This document shows, piece by piece, positions 40,481 through 52,200 of a DNA stretch of 64,000 nucleotides; positions within the stretch are counted from its first letter, which is position 1, and each line of letters begins with the position of its first letter. Source of the stretch: Clostridia bacterium (GTDB lineage: Bacteria > Bacillota > Clostridia > Christensenellales > DTU072); the NCBI GenBank assembly GCA_035409945.1, contig DAONQC010000005.1, forward strand, positions 57,075 to 121,074, given 5' to 3'. The notes below the pieces were generated by a model, which worked only from the letters and a program-made list of their open reading frames with translations, did no database searches and had not been told where the DNA came from. Made by a program: the position numbers and the translations under genes.

Positions 40481-41155
40481 TTACGAAATGAGATTAACGG
40501 GCAGTAACTTTCTATTCGGTAAATAAGGTGAGATAAGTTGCATTGACTTAGTGCTTTTAACTCTTGGGATAATGCTTGTATCATTAAAGAAATTGTCGCC
40601 GTGATATCTAATAATGACGCGCCCAATAATTTTACTTAATTCTCCCCAATTCCCATCTTCTGAATCATTTGAATTATTTCTGTTGTCACCTAGATAATAA
40701 AACTTACCCTCTTCGACTACTACTGGTCCAGGCATATATGGGCTTGTAAACTGATGAGTTATATAATCCTCTACAAGCTTTTCTCCGTTTCTGTACACAT
40801 TATACGAGCCGTCTGGCGACTCTTTTATTTCTATCGTGTCTCCTGGCAACCCTATTATTCTTTTAACAAAAATACGTTCTCTTCCGTATGAATTAAATAT
40901 CCCAGATTCAAATACTACCACATCGCCGTGCTTATACTTTCCGATTTTATATAAGAGCATCATATCTTCATCTTTTAGCGTAGGATACATCGATTCCCCA
41001 TCTACCTTTATTGTTACAAACATAACACGAGACATGATGTATGCAACTATTACGCATATCAATATAAGGCATACTATAAAGATAATTTGCTTTGCTATTT
41101 TTTTTCTTTTATCTTTTGGCTGTTCTTCAGTTTCTATAAATTCTTCGTATTTCAT
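40481..41155 (-). CDS. lepB: Signal peptidase I
   Basis: Single TM; GESMYPTL (catalytic Ser), FVKRIIGLPGD (Lys), LGDNRNNSNDS. Confidence 0.92.
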   Translation of the reverse strand: MKYEEFIETEEQPKDKRKKIAKQIIFIVCLILICVIVAYIMSRVMFVTIKVDGESMYPTLKDEDMMLLYKIGKYKHGDVVVFESGIFNSYGRERIFVKRIIGLPGDTIEIKESPDGSYNVYRNGEKLVEDYITHQFTSPYMPGPVVVEEGKFYYLGDNRNNSNDSEDGNWGELSKIIGRVIIRYHGDNFFNDTSIIPRVKSTKSMQLISPYLPNRKLLPVNLIS

Positions 41156-41302
41156 GGTAGCTCTTATTATATCATATATCGCTTTTTGATACTTATATTA
41201 ATGATAGTATGGTTTATACTTTGTAATTAACACAACCATTATTCAACTTAAATGCAAATTCAAATCAAAACTTTGCAATTAATCGGATTTAATATTTTGG
41301 GT

Positions 41303-42991
41303 TTAAATAAATAAAATGTTCCCTACTACTAACTTACGCCCCTTTATTCTTATTGACCTTACTAAATCCCACGATGGGAGTGGTTTCATTGTTTTATCTT
41401 TGAAATCATGCTCACTGAACCGACAGCTGGTAAAAAACTCATTACTTTTAAGCATTTTATAAGCTGTAAATTCCACGATTTTTTTATCTATGCTACATTG
41501 TAAAACAATTTCTACCCTTCCTTCAAAATCCGAATATAATTCTATTTGCAAATCTTTATCCTCGACATCTTGTAAGCTTAATTCTAGTGGATAAATCTTC
41601 ATTGCGTTAGAGTCTGTAGTTATCCCTTTTGCGCCAGATGGTATTTTTGTCATACGTAACGTATTCTCCAAAAGCACTTCTCCATCAAACTCTTCTTTGA
41701 ACAAGCCTATTCCGTCTGTAACATTGTATAAAACCACTAATTTGTTACTTTGTTTAGTTTGGTCTTCCCCTTCAATGTCATAATCTTCTAGTTCGATATA
41801 TTCCACTAACGATGAAATGGTAAGTCCATTAGCATATATAACTTCTGCAAAAGTAAATAAAGGCACATCCGCTTCATAGATCTTTGGAGACGCTATGTAT
41901 TCGTTATATGAAATAGAAATGGCTTTTTCAAAATGCCAACCTCTAAGCGCGTGGTTATATTCTCCGTAACTATAATAAACCCTAACTTCTTCAATTAACT
42001 GACTAGGATCGCAATCAACATCAAAATAAACTTTATTTTCTTCATTTACTCTAATTTCTACTTTTGGTCGTGTGGGTATTGGTAAATTTTTAAATATCGC
42101 ATTAATCCAAGCAAGGACGCTACGATAACCGCTTGGAGGTAAATAGTCAGTTATGCCGGGATGGATTATGGTAAATATCTCGTTTTCACCACAAAGTGTT
42201 TGTAAGTTTATTAGCCTGTCCATGTCGGCAAATTCAGCATTAGAACCTATCGCAATAAGAGTAGGTATTTTTATATTTCTTGCATAAGAAACAGCTGCAA
42301 CTGCTGAAAGCCAACCAATTCTTTCCTGCGTAATGTCAATGGCTATTTCTGAATCTTCCCCAAACTTATTTGTTCCTAGATATTCTTTATATCCCGAACC
42401 ATTTATGCAAGCCATTCCTTTTATATTATGTTCAACCGAACTACCTACAGTCTGCATCCCTACTTCTATAGAATCACCTAATGTAACTAAAACAACCTCT
42501 TTTTCTGGATACATCTTATCAATAAAAACAAGTGTCCTTTTGACTATCTTTGAATATGTATATTGATTACTTTCAAAAGCAGTGTCCTCAAGATGCTCAA
42601 GCCTATCTTTGGTTTCCACGTTATATAGGCAATATTCTAAACTTTTGGGATATTTTGTAGGATAAGATGAAAGCCCTGTTAGATCGGGAGAGATGACAAT
42701 ATATCCCTGATCTACCAATGATAAAGCTAAACTGGTAGCTGGAGGAGCTGAATAATTACCAAGAAGGAGTATTATTTTATTTGTATCAAATATTGGCGTT
42801 GTAACTTTTATACTAGCTTGGACCATTCCATCTTCTACTTTTATCGCATCTATTTGATATCTGCTTAATACATAACTATCTTTTTGGGTAGTAGCTAACT
42901 CTTGGATATTTAAATCCATAGCTTTAGGATCATAATCTTTCCATAGTTCTTGTGGAACAACAATTTTTTTTCTAATAAAATCTTTCATCAT
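41303..42991 (-). CDS. Alpha/beta-hydrolase-fold protein with C-terminal beta domains; catalytic motif appears degenerate
   Basis: GYIVISPDLTG and NIKIPTLIAIGSN segments; no GxSxG at the expected nucleophile elbow (VTLGDSIEVG). Confidence 0.55.
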   Translation of the reverse strand: MMKDFIRKKIVVPQELWKDYDPKAMDLNIQELATTQKDSYVLSRYQIDAIKVEDGMVQASIKVTTPIFDTNKIILLLGNYSAPPATSLALSLVDQGYIVISPDLTGLSSYPTKYPKSLEYCLYNVETKDRLEHLEDTAFESNQYTYSKIVKRTLVFIDKMYPEKEVVLVTLGDSIEVGMQTVGSSVEHNIKGMACINGSGYKEYLGTNKFGEDSEIAIDITQERIGWLSAVAAVSYARNIKIPTLIAIGSNAEFADMDRLINLQTLCGENEIFTIIHPGITDYLPPSGYRSVLAWINAIFKNLPIPTRPKVEIRVNEENKVYFDVDCDPSQLIEEVRVYYSYGEYNHALRGWHFEKAISISYNEYIASPKIYEADVPLFTFAEVIYANGLTISSLVEYIELEDYDIEGEDQTKQSNKLVVLYNVTDGIGLFKEEFDGEVLLENTLRMTKIPSGAKGITTDSNAMKIYPLELSLQDVEDKDLQIELYSDFEGRVEIVLQCSIDKKIVEFTAYKMLKSNEFFTSCRFSEHDFKDKTMKPLPSWDLVRSIRIKGRKLVVGNILFI

Positions 42992-43048
42992 AAACTTATT
43001 GTTTACTCAAAACTCCAAACGTTAAATCTGTGATTTTCCTCTTTTTAT

Positions 43049-43307
43049 ACGAGATGTAATTCCATCTTCATTTGCTTTAAGGCGCCAGGTTTATATACCT
43101 ACCTTGGTTGCGTATAACGATCCTAATTCCTAGTAAGTAGTCTAAATCAGCCGTATTTTCAGCCACTTTATATTGTTTAAGACGAGGATTCCATCTTCGT
43201 TTACTCTAAGCGACAGGTTTCTATACATACCTCGGTTGCGTATAACGATCCTAATTCCTAGTAAGCAACCTAAATCAACAATACTTTTAGCAGTTGTATT
43301 GTTTAAG
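43049..43307. repeat. Two-copy intergenic tandem repeat, about 129-bp unit
   Basis: ATTCCATCTTC at 43059 and 43188; identical core GGTTGCGTATAACGATCCTAATTCCTAGTAAG in both; both end TATTGTTTAAG. Confidence 0.92.
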
Positions 43308-43316
43308 TATTATATT

Positions 43317-46100
43317 CTATTTGATTACCAAGCCTAATTTTTCGGCTTTTTTCTTATCTATTGCTCTTTCGATAGCTTTTTGAATTTCAACTAGTGGAAT
43401 TATCATAACAGAAAAGCCTAAGGCTACTCCCCATTCTGCAGCGTTTAGTGGTGCTGCATCGAATAAAACATCTGCAACTACTGGTATTACTAAAGGCACA
43501 ATGACTGAAACAGCACCTATTAAAAATGCAATATTTAAGAACTTGTTTTCGAACGGGTTGGTTTTAAACAAGCTATGTGTTTGAGACCTCATATTGTAGG
43601 AATGGAAAAGTTGTATCATCGATAATGTTATAAACGCCATAGTCATAGCTTCTTTATGCCCTGCTACCCCTACACCTAGCACATACTCACCTATTATAAA
43701 TGAGCCTAGCACAAGTATTGACTGCATAGTCCCTTGAATGATTATATCCACACCAGTTTTTCCAGCAAACAAACTACTTCCTGGCTTTCTCGGTGGAAAG
43801 AGCATAATATCTGATTCAGCTTTTTCTGTGCCTAATGCGAGAGCTGGTAAACTATCGGTAACTAAATTTATCCAAAGAATCATAACTGGAGTCAAGATTG
43901 TAACATTATGTCCAACTATTGCAGATATTATTACCGTTGCAACAAATAGACATACAACTTCAGCAATGTTTGCGCTAAGTAGATATTGAATTGCTTTCTT
44001 GATGTTAGCATATATTTTTCTGCCTTCTTCCACAGCTGATACTATAGTTGCAAAATTATCGTCTGCAAGCACCATATCGGCAGCGCCTTTACTGACATCC
44101 GTCCCGGTTATACCCATGCCTATTCCAATGTTAGCTTCACTTATTGACGGCGCATCATTAACACCATCTCCAGTCATGGCAACAATTTTGCCTTCAGCCT
44201 TAAATCCCTTAACTATTCTTACTTTATTTTCAGGACTAACTCTTGCATATACCCTTATGATATCTATTTTTTCAGCAAATTCCTGATCGCTCATTTTATC
44301 GAGTTCTGCGCCAGTTATAGCAATGGTTCCTTCTTCTAAGATCCCTATTTCGCTAGCGATTGCTTTTGCGGTATCCATATGGTCGCCTGTAATCATAATT
44401 GCTGTCATACCAGCCCGCTTACACACTGCCACGGCGTCTTTTACTTCAGGTCTTGGTGGATCAATCATTCCGACTAACCCTACAAACACCATATCGCTTT
44501 CAACCACTTCCAAGGCTAAATCATCTTTCTTAACGGCAACAGCAAGTACTCTTAACGCTTTGCTTGCCATATCGCTATTAGCTTTTAAAATACTATTTAC
44601 ATCTTTATCAGTAATTTCTCTTACTTCTCCATCAAAAATGTATTTACATCTTTTAATTAACACATCGGGGGCACCTTTTATGTGAGCAATTTCTTCCCCA
44701 TCAACTAAATTGATTGTGGTCATAAGTTTTCTAACACTATCAAAAGGAAGTTCATTCACCCTTTCATATATTGTTTCATTTCCTTCATAATCTATATCTT
44801 TAGCGTAGGCCACAAGAGCAGTTTCGGTGGGGTCGCCTACGAGAGTTCCTTCGACATCTTTAGTATCATTACATAGTACCATCCCTCTTACTAATAGCTC
44901 TGCGCCTTTTGAATCTATTTTATCGTCCGCAGAATATAGTCCGTTTTCGGAGGTATATAACTCCTTCACTGTCATTTGATTTAAAGTCAATGTCCCAGTT
45001 TTATCAGAGCAAATAATCTCACAACAACCTAGTGTTTCAACTGAAGGTAAGTTGCTCACTATTGCCTTTCTTTCGCTCATTCGTTTAACACCGATTGATA
45101 ACACTATTGTTACAACTGCGGGGAGTCCTTCAGGTATAGCAGCAACTGCAATCGCAACAGCAATCATAAATGAATGCATAACTGAGTGCAAAATGTCCGA
45201 TGTTTTTGCCATAAATATGAGGTTGAATATAAAAATAACAACAGCTATTGCTAAAACTCCGATACTGATAATCTTAGCGGTTTTTGCAAGCTGTTCTTGT
45301 AAAGGTGTCTTTTGCTCCTCTTTATTTGCGAGCATCTGGGCAATCTTACCAACTTCTGTATCCATGCCTGTTGCAAACACAATACCCTTACCTCTACCAT
45401 ATGCTACAATTCCTGAACTATAGCAAAGGTTAGACCGGTCTCCTATCGGAGCTTCTGGGTTTTCTAACACTCCTACGAACTTTTCGCTAGGTACACTTTC
45501 GCCAGTCAAAGCTGCTTCTTCAATCTTGAGACTTTTACTCTCTATTAGATACAAATCGGCTGGCACCACATCTCCAGCTTCTAAAACCACAACATCACCA
45601 ATCGCTATATCTTCGCTTTTTACGGTTATTTGCAGCCCGTCTCTTATAACTTTTGAATAAGGCTTATTCATATCTTTTAAAGCATCTAATGCTTTTTCAG
45701 CATTGCTTTCTTGAATGATTCCGATAATTGCATTGACGATAACTATTAGTAAAATTAGCCCACTATCAATTAAATCTGTATAAGTTTTAGTCACAATTGC
45801 TAATATCGCAGACACTGCCGATGCTACCAAAAGCACAATTATCATCATGTCTTTTAGTTGCTCAAAAAACCTTTGTATTAAGGTCCTTTTCTTGCCTTCT
45901 GCCAGCGCATTTTTACCATACTTCTCCAAACTTTTCACGGCTTCATCAGCTGTTAACCCGTTTTCTAAAGATGTGCCTAATTTACTAAGAATTTCTTCCT
46001 CTGTGCTCATATGTGGCAATTTATCTTGCCACAACTCTACTTGCTTACTTACTTCTACTACTTCTTCTACTTTGCGTGCCATTATTCTCCTTTTTTTCAA
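43317..46100 (-). CDS. Cation-transporting P-type ATPase, type IIA (Ca2+-like)
   Basis: LTGES, IPEGLP, DKTGTLT, KGAP, TGD and MTGDGVND motifs. Confidence 0.95.
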   Translation of the reverse strand: MKKRRIMARKVEEVVEVSKQVELWQDKLPHMSTEEEILSKLGTSLENGLTADEAVKSLEKYGKNALAEGKKRTLIQRFFEQLKDMMIIVLLVASAVSAILAIVTKTYTDLIDSGLILLIVIVNAIIGIIQESNAEKALDALKDMNKPYSKVIRDGLQITVKSEDIAIGDVVVLEAGDVVPADLYLIESKSLKIEEAALTGESVPSEKFVGVLENPEAPIGDRSNLCYSSGIVAYGRGKGIVFATGMDTEVGKIAQMLANKEEQKTPLQEQLAKTAKIISIGVLAIAVVIFIFNLIFMAKTSDILHSVMHSFMIAVAIAVAAIPEGLPAVVTIVLSIGVKRMSERKAIVSNLPSVETLGCCEIICSDKTGTLTLNQMTVKELYTSENGLYSADDKIDSKGAELLVRGMVLCNDTKDVEGTLVGDPTETALVAYAKDIDYEGNETIYERVNELPFDSVRKLMTTINLVDGEEIAHIKGAPDVLIKRCKYIFDGEVREITDKDVNSILKANSDMASKALRVLAVAVKKDDLALEVVESDMVFVGLVGMIDPPRPEVKDAVAVCKRAGMTAIMITGDHMDTAKAIASEIGILEEGTIAITGAELDKMSDQEFAEKIDIIRVYARVSPENKVRIVKGFKAEGKIVAMTGDGVNDAPSISEANIGIGMGITGTDVSKGAADMVLADDNFATIVSAVEEGRKIYANIKKAIQYLLSANIAEVVCLFVATVIISAIVGHNVTILTPVMILWINLVTDSLPALALGTEKAESDIMLFPPRKPGSSLFAGKTGVDIIIQGTMQSILVLGSFIIGEYVLGVGVAGHKEAMTMAFITLSMIQLFHSYNMRSQTHSLFKTNPFENKFLNIAFLIGAVSVIVPLVIPVVADVLFDAAPLNAAEWGVALGFSVMIIPLVEIQKAIERAIDKKKAEKLGLVIK

Positions 46101-46360
46101 GTAGTCCTGTTTAGTTTAACTACTCTTATTTGCACAAAATTCAATAACTGAACTATATTTTTTATATTTTATACCTAAGTATCGACATTGTCACCTAAAG
46201 AACCTTTATATCGAAAATTATTTATATCCATTTTAAATCTAATGCATATGATCAATTGCGAGTTTAACACCACAGTTAGTATGAGATTATCAATTGTTTA
46301 TCTTCGTCTTTTAAGAGTTTAAGATTCTTAAGTTTTTTAGAGATGGAAATCAACCATCAT

Positions 46361-47836
46361 TTATTTTCCATATTTTTCGTCTAGCATGCGTTTATTTTGT
46401 GCGGTTCGATTAATAGATTCTCTACTAGATGGGTGCTTAAAGTTTTTAGCAAAAGCGTATAAACTCTTCAGCCTTAGTAATCCTCTTGGGTTACAATCTT
46501 TTATGGGAGCATATTTAATATTTAACTTATCAAATATTGAAAGTATTGGACCTAGTCGCTTTACAAAATCCTTATAAGTACCACCATCATTCCAAGCCTT
46601 TTCTGCGACTGCAATTAGCCTTGGATAGGTCATATACTCCACTCTATCTACAGTTTTCACATATTCAGTCCAAAGAGGTGACTCTAACCCTATAATATTT
46701 TCTGCTATAAACCCATCTTTTTGGAAATTATAGTTATATGTTTTACGAAGAGGTGTCATTCCGTATGGGTAATCTAGATAATAGTGAAAGAAAGGCGATA
46801 TTAGCCCCTTGCTACCACCTGCAACATGTCTAACTGCAGCAGCTTTACTTTTCTTAGTTTGTGTCCAATAATGAACTGCTATGCTTTTTCTTGCATTTTC
46901 GCCTATCATTCCATCATTCCAATTTAATACTTTTTTGCCAGCTTTTTCGCAATATGCTGCCACTCTCGACATGAAATGTGCTTGAAGCTCATCTTCATCT
47001 TTAAGTCCATTATCCTTTATAGTCTTTTGACAATCTGGACAATTTATCCATTTAATCCTTAAAGCCTCATCGCCACCTAAATGAATATATTCAAATGGGA
47101 ATAATTCAAACACCTCGTCAAGCACATCAAACAAAAATTGATATGATGTTTCCTTCCCTGCACAACACACATCTTCAAATATGCCAAAAGCTTCTTTAAC
47201 TTCACAACCATTCCCATCACAAGATAAAAGAGGGTAAGCTGCGATTGCTGCTGAAAAGTGCCCTGGTATATCAATTTCTGGCATAACATCTATATGTTTG
47301 CTCTTTGCATACGCTACAACATCTTTAATTTCTTCTTTTGTGTAAAAACCTTCTACTGGAACTCCATCTCCTCTAGTTTGTTTTCTTTTAGCTCCTACTT
47401 CAGTTAATAGAGGATATTTGTCAATTTGAATTCTCCAGCCTTGGTCTTCTGTCAAATGCCAATGGAAAACATTAAGCTTTAAGTAGCTTATTGCATCAAT
47501 TTGTTTCTTTATTTCATCTACAGTAAAAAAATGCCTACAAGTATCTAGCATATATCCTCTATATGCAAACTTTGGCTCATCTATAATTTCTACATTTGGG
47601 ATAGATCCATTTTCAGCAAGTTGTTTAAATGTAACCAAGGCATAAAAATGTCCTTTTTCTGTACTTGCTATAGATGTAACTCCATCTTCATTTATTAAAA
47701 GTTTATATCCTTCGCTTTTAATACTGTCGTCATACACTTTAGAAATGCCCGACTCTTTATAACTAAAAGTTTTGTCGGAAATTATCTTTATCTCCTGTGG
47801 TAATGGCACTACTTTAATCACAACTAACCTCCACAT
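46361..47836 (-). CDS. Beta-N-acetylhexosaminidase, GH20
   Basis: YRGYMLDTCRHFF, FHWHLTEDQGWR, PEIDIPGH, HLGGDE catalytic pair; no signal peptide. Confidence 0.92.
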   Translation of the reverse strand: MWRLVVIKVVPLPQEIKIISDKTFSYKESGISKVYDDSIKSEGYKLLINEDGVTSIASTEKGHFYALVTFKQLAENGSIPNVEIIDEPKFAYRGYMLDTCRHFFTVDEIKKQIDAISYLKLNVFHWHLTEDQGWRIQIDKYPLLTEVGAKRKQTRGDGVPVEGFYTKEEIKDVVAYAKSKHIDVMPEIDIPGHFSAAIAAYPLLSCDGNGCEVKEAFGIFEDVCCAGKETSYQFLFDVLDEVFELFPFEYIHLGGDEALRIKWINCPDCQKTIKDNGLKDEDELQAHFMSRVAAYCEKAGKKVLNWNDGMIGENARKSIAVHYWTQTKKSKAAAVRHVAGGSKGLISPFFHYYLDYPYGMTPLRKTYNYNFQKDGFIAENIIGLESPLWTEYVKTVDRVEYMTYPRLIAVAEKAWNDGGTYKDFVKRLGPILSIFDKLNIKYAPIKDCNPRGLLRLKSLYAFAKNFKHPSSRESINRTAQNKRMLDEKYGK

Positions 47837-48102
47837 AATAGAAACTTAAAAAAGCTTCTAATTTTACAAAATTACACAGCTTGTCTACAAAATCTTATAC
47901 ATCCCCCGAGCATATAACCGGAGTTTTTGTTTTTTTCTCGCTTTGCGATTACTTGTTCGCCTTTGGTTCTTGAAAACCCTCAATCCCTATCTGCTAAAGC
48001 CTTACATCTATACCGTTTTTTCAAACCTTGTATATTATAAGTTTCAACTGTCTGTTACTAACACTACCCGTTAAAGCCTTAATTGATATGCTCTAGTTAT
48101 CT

Positions 48103-48840
48103 TTATTCGGTAATGATACCTATAAATACTTCTCTTACGTCAGGTAATCTATAGTCTTTTTCTCCATCTGCTGACTCTATGTTTGTTATATATAGGGTTC
48201 CATCTTTTTGTGATACGGTTGTCTGAACTTCAAATAATGTATCTCCGTTTTGTATAGATTTAAATCCATCGCCAGAACATAATAAAACTCTAAACTTCCT
48301 GTCAGCTAGAGAATAAAGGGCGAAATCAAAGCCAGTTATTTTAGGCACAATACTATCAATTGTTGCACTTGTTGTGCAAGATATCGTCATCATTATTGAA
48401 TTCATCTCTTTTCCTTCGGGAAGTCCACTTGCCGTTATTTTGATAGTAGAGGTATTTCCTTCTTGGGAGGTCCTAGCTGCATTTACTCTAAGGGGTGTAT
48501 CAACAACTTTGTCGTGCACAACAGAATATAACCAATCGATAGATGCGGAGGCGTACGTTATAGTCATAATCGCATTTTCTTTAGTTGTAGCACTATTAAA
48601 ACCTTTGACCATTTCTGGTGTCAGTTGAAATGTCTCTATACCAGTACGAAAATGTGCATATACTTTTATATCAGAATACTTAATTTGCTCATCTAACGCG
48701 TATATATCTTTAAGCCCTTCTATCTCAATTTTCTTAGCTATTTTTTTACTGTTATCGCAGGATGAAAGAACCATGATTGAAGTCAAAATCAACATGCTAA
48801 TCAATACTAGCGATAATATTTTTTTAATACTCTTCCTCAT
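48103..48840 (-). CDS. Lipoprotein with an Ig-like (Big_3-type) domain and a C-terminal cohesin-like domain
   Basis: LSSC lipobox; LTPEMVKGFNS...MTITY Ig-like pattern; EGNTSTIKIT.SGLP...MMTIS...FRVLL...IQNGDTLFEV resembles cohesin strand order (by eye). Confidence 0.65.
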   Translation of the reverse strand: MRKSIKKILSLVLISMLILTSIMVLSSCDNSKKIAKKIEIEGLKDIYALDEQIKYSDIKVYAHFRTGIETFQLTPEMVKGFNSATTKENAIMTITYASASIDWLYSVVHDKVVDTPLRVNAARTSQEGNTSTIKITASGLPEGKEMNSIMMTISCTTSATIDSIVPKITGFDFALYSLADRKFRVLLCSGDGFKSIQNGDTLFEVQTTVSQKDGTLYITNIESADGEKDYRLPDVREVFIGIITE

Positions 48841-49225
48841 GCTTCCTCTCTTTCGTATGCATACTCAGCAAGATTTCTTGCAAACAACACTAAATCCAAT
48901 TTAAGTTACTTTACCGTCTCCATTTAAATCCATAACATATTTTTATTTTCACTTCCAAGTAGTATTTGAGCCATTTCCTCTATTTTCATGTGGGCTGTGA
49001 CGCTTTCTTGCAAACAACACTATGTTACTTTACCGCCCCTATTTAAATCCATAACAGATTTTTCTCTTTTGAGTAATGTCTCAGCGGTTTTTATGTTTTT
49101 ATGTAGACAGTGCAAACTTTCTTGCAAACAACACTAAATCTAATTGTGTTACTTTACCGTCCCCATTTAAATCCATAACATATTTTTTATTTTCACTTCT
49201 AAGTAGTATTTGTGCCATTTCTTCC
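48837..49225 (-). repeat. Three copies of the dockerin-coding 3' end of the protease gene (one functional, two decayed)
   Basis: TTTCTTGCAAACAACACTA at 48874, 49004 and 49118; GTTACTTTACCG and ATTTAAATCCATAACA in all three. Confidence 0.95.
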
Positions 49226-52200
49226 AAGTCTGCAGATGTACTGATGCCATCACCATTTGCGTCTCCAAACACATTAACCTCGAAGTCATATATCACAACG
49301 TCGTCTGCATTTTTAAATACTACTCTATCTCCCGTTCTAAGCGCTCTAGAACCCTCCCCAGTGCTGACACTCGAACCATTTTTATCTAGCATATGTTTTG
49401 TTAAATAATCAGCATTGGAGAACAAGTTAAATGCTTCCGAAACGAAAACACCCTCATCTTTTATAGCTACTACTCTATTTTGTTTATCTACAGTAATGCC
49501 AGTTTTTGTCTTATAGCTAAGCACACTCTCCCCATCTTTGCTTACATATACACCAAACGAAGCAACAGCAGCATCTATGTTTTGTCCAGTTATAGTTACT
49601 GTTTGAGACCCAACTTGAGTGGGGTTATAATTGATTTTTAGATTTGCTGCTTTTATAGCCGCTCCCTCTAAAGATAACTTTCTACTGCTACGATATTCAA
49701 CCTCAAGTTTTAATCCTAAAATATTCAAAGCTTGTCCGTATTGATACTCTCTCTGGTTAGGAGTCTTAACAATAGTTATGTTATCTTCTTTATCTATGAC
49801 TTCGACAGATATAGCCTTTGTAACAGTAAGCGTTACTATCTTCGGATTTTCTGGCGACACAGTAATCATTATGTCATTTGGGGTTCTTCGTGTCGGCGTT
49901 ACTGTCACTACATCTTTATTATTTACTCTTGTTACTGTTATATATCCTGGCTCGCCAGCACCATTTAAGGTCATTTCTTCTCTATAAGTAAATACAACAT
50001 TCTGAGTCCCTATTGCCGTCTTATCGTAGTTGTGTGAATATCTGACTGCACCTATTCTATTATTTTCACCATTTGCATATGTTAGTCTCACCTCTTGAAT
50101 TGCTAAAGATTCGTTATATAAGTATGTAAACTTACTTAAATTCACATCCAATCTAGATGGATTATTCCTAACATAACAAGTTACTTGTTGACTCCAAACA
50201 ACCTCTTGACCTATTCGATACTGTAAAGTTATTGCTTGGCCATTAGCATCAACGTTTGCTCCATTCATTTCGGGGTACACTTTGTAATTTGGCGAACCTG
50301 CATCAAAATACTCTTCTTCTTTTGCCCCTGATTCATATTCAATCTCGAATTTTGCTGACTGTGGATTAAATTCTTCTCCGTACCAGTAATCTATTCTAGG
50401 CTCTTCTATCATGCGTATTTGCTTAAATACATCCAAAACTGTTAGTATGAACTCTTTTGAGCCTGTATAATCAGCTTCTGCATATTCTACAGTGACCTTT
50501 ATCTCACCAAGTGTAGTATTGTAATTTGTTCCTTCTATTATAATACCTTCTTTTTCTCTACCTATGAACACACCATTTTTCTCATACTTAATGGAGTACG
50601 TGCTAGGACTAACTAAAACTTTTCCCCTTAAAGTCATCTCTACATATACGTCAATAGTCATTTTCCCATTGTATGAAATGGTTTGATTTTCTATTGTATG
50701 TATATATTTAGGGGTATCAATAATCTTAATTTTAGTGTATTTCCACTCATTTAAATATCTCATACCAAGGGGCTGTACTACATTAATCAGTTCGGGATCA
50801 TACACCATTTCCATTGGTGTTCTTATATCTATTCCACCAGCTTGCAACGATCTTCTAACTCTTAAATCTTGAGGCTTGGGGTCTCCTGTAAGTGGCGTAT
50901 ATTTAAAAGTAGTTATGTCTTCCTCACCCAAGAGAATATAGTTACTAGGATTAGCAGGGTCTTTCTTGGAAATTCCCCAGGAAGAGGATTGTGATAGACC
51001 TCTTAAAGTAATTTGTAGCCTACTTAATTCATATTCCTCTATTAACACACCATCTTCATACCTTTGAATGTATATTACTAAATCAGATATTTGTTCGGTA
51101 CCGGGATTAGATGCATCATATTCTAAATACTTATTAAAATTCTCCATTCTGAACCAGATATCAGGAGTAGTTTCTTTTGCTCCAATCTTAAATATTTTGC
51201 CTTGATTTTGTACAAACTCTAAATCAATGCTAAAATCCTTTGTAACTTCAAAGTAATGTATATACCCAGGTTGATCTTTATACTTGTATGTGACTTCACC
51301 TTCAAGCAGTACCTCTATGTTAACTGGAGTAGTTGTTAGTTCATTACCTGTTGCGGTGTCGTTGTATTTAACAACTACGCTTTGATATCCTTCAATGGCT
51401 TTGTTATATCCTTCGATTGTTAAGTTGGGTGAATCAAAGTCTTCTAACCTTTCATTACCAGAACGCATGCTCAAAACAACTTGTTCAGTTACACTTATGT
51501 CTTCCCCAAAAGGATATGCAAGTATTCTTGGTGAAAACGATATGTTTTCTACCCAGTCCGAAACAGTTATGTTATGTTTAAGTTCATGTATATCGTTTGT
51601 AAATACTGGATCTGGAACTCTATATGTTAGCGTTTGTCTGCCTAGCTTTTCGCTATTATATCCTTGGAAAGAGGTAGGTTGGACATCATGGTTAGTCGAA
51701 GTATTATCGCTATATGTTATCTTTATTTTTCCCCTTTCACCTGGCGCAATTGATAATGCTTCTCCTAATAAATAATTAGACTTTGGAATTTCAGTAAACT
51801 CCACAAATGTTACATACTTACTAACTATGACACTAACAACAGCACTTGCGCCTTGGTATGTAATAGCTGCATTCTTTGTACCAGTAGTTGAAGTATCGCA
51901 AGTTATCATATCGGGCGTTACTGGTATAACTACTGGAGCTTCTGCACCTATCGTTACTGTCATTATCAAAGAGTCAGGATTGATGGATTCATTTTGTTTA
52001 ACTTTTAATGCTATGGGGTTTGATGGTGTTTCACCCACCTTTTTTACTGTTATGCTAACACCAGCGCTTACGACTGTAACAGCACAAGTATCAGTATATT
52101 CCACATCATCAATCGTAATAGACACCGTAATTATCGCTTCACCAACTGACTGCGCAGTTATTCTCCCTGTCACACTATCAACGGATACGATATCTGGGGC

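Noticed and set aside
46221..46390. Possible further 3'-end echo of the GH20 gene (about 139-bp offset)
   Set aside because: Similarity is mostly A/T and too weak to separate from chance by eye
48874..49225. Diversity-generating retroelement (template/variable repeat pair) at the dockerin end
   Set aside because: No reverse transcriptase in the window; copies contain indels and differences are not confined to template adenines
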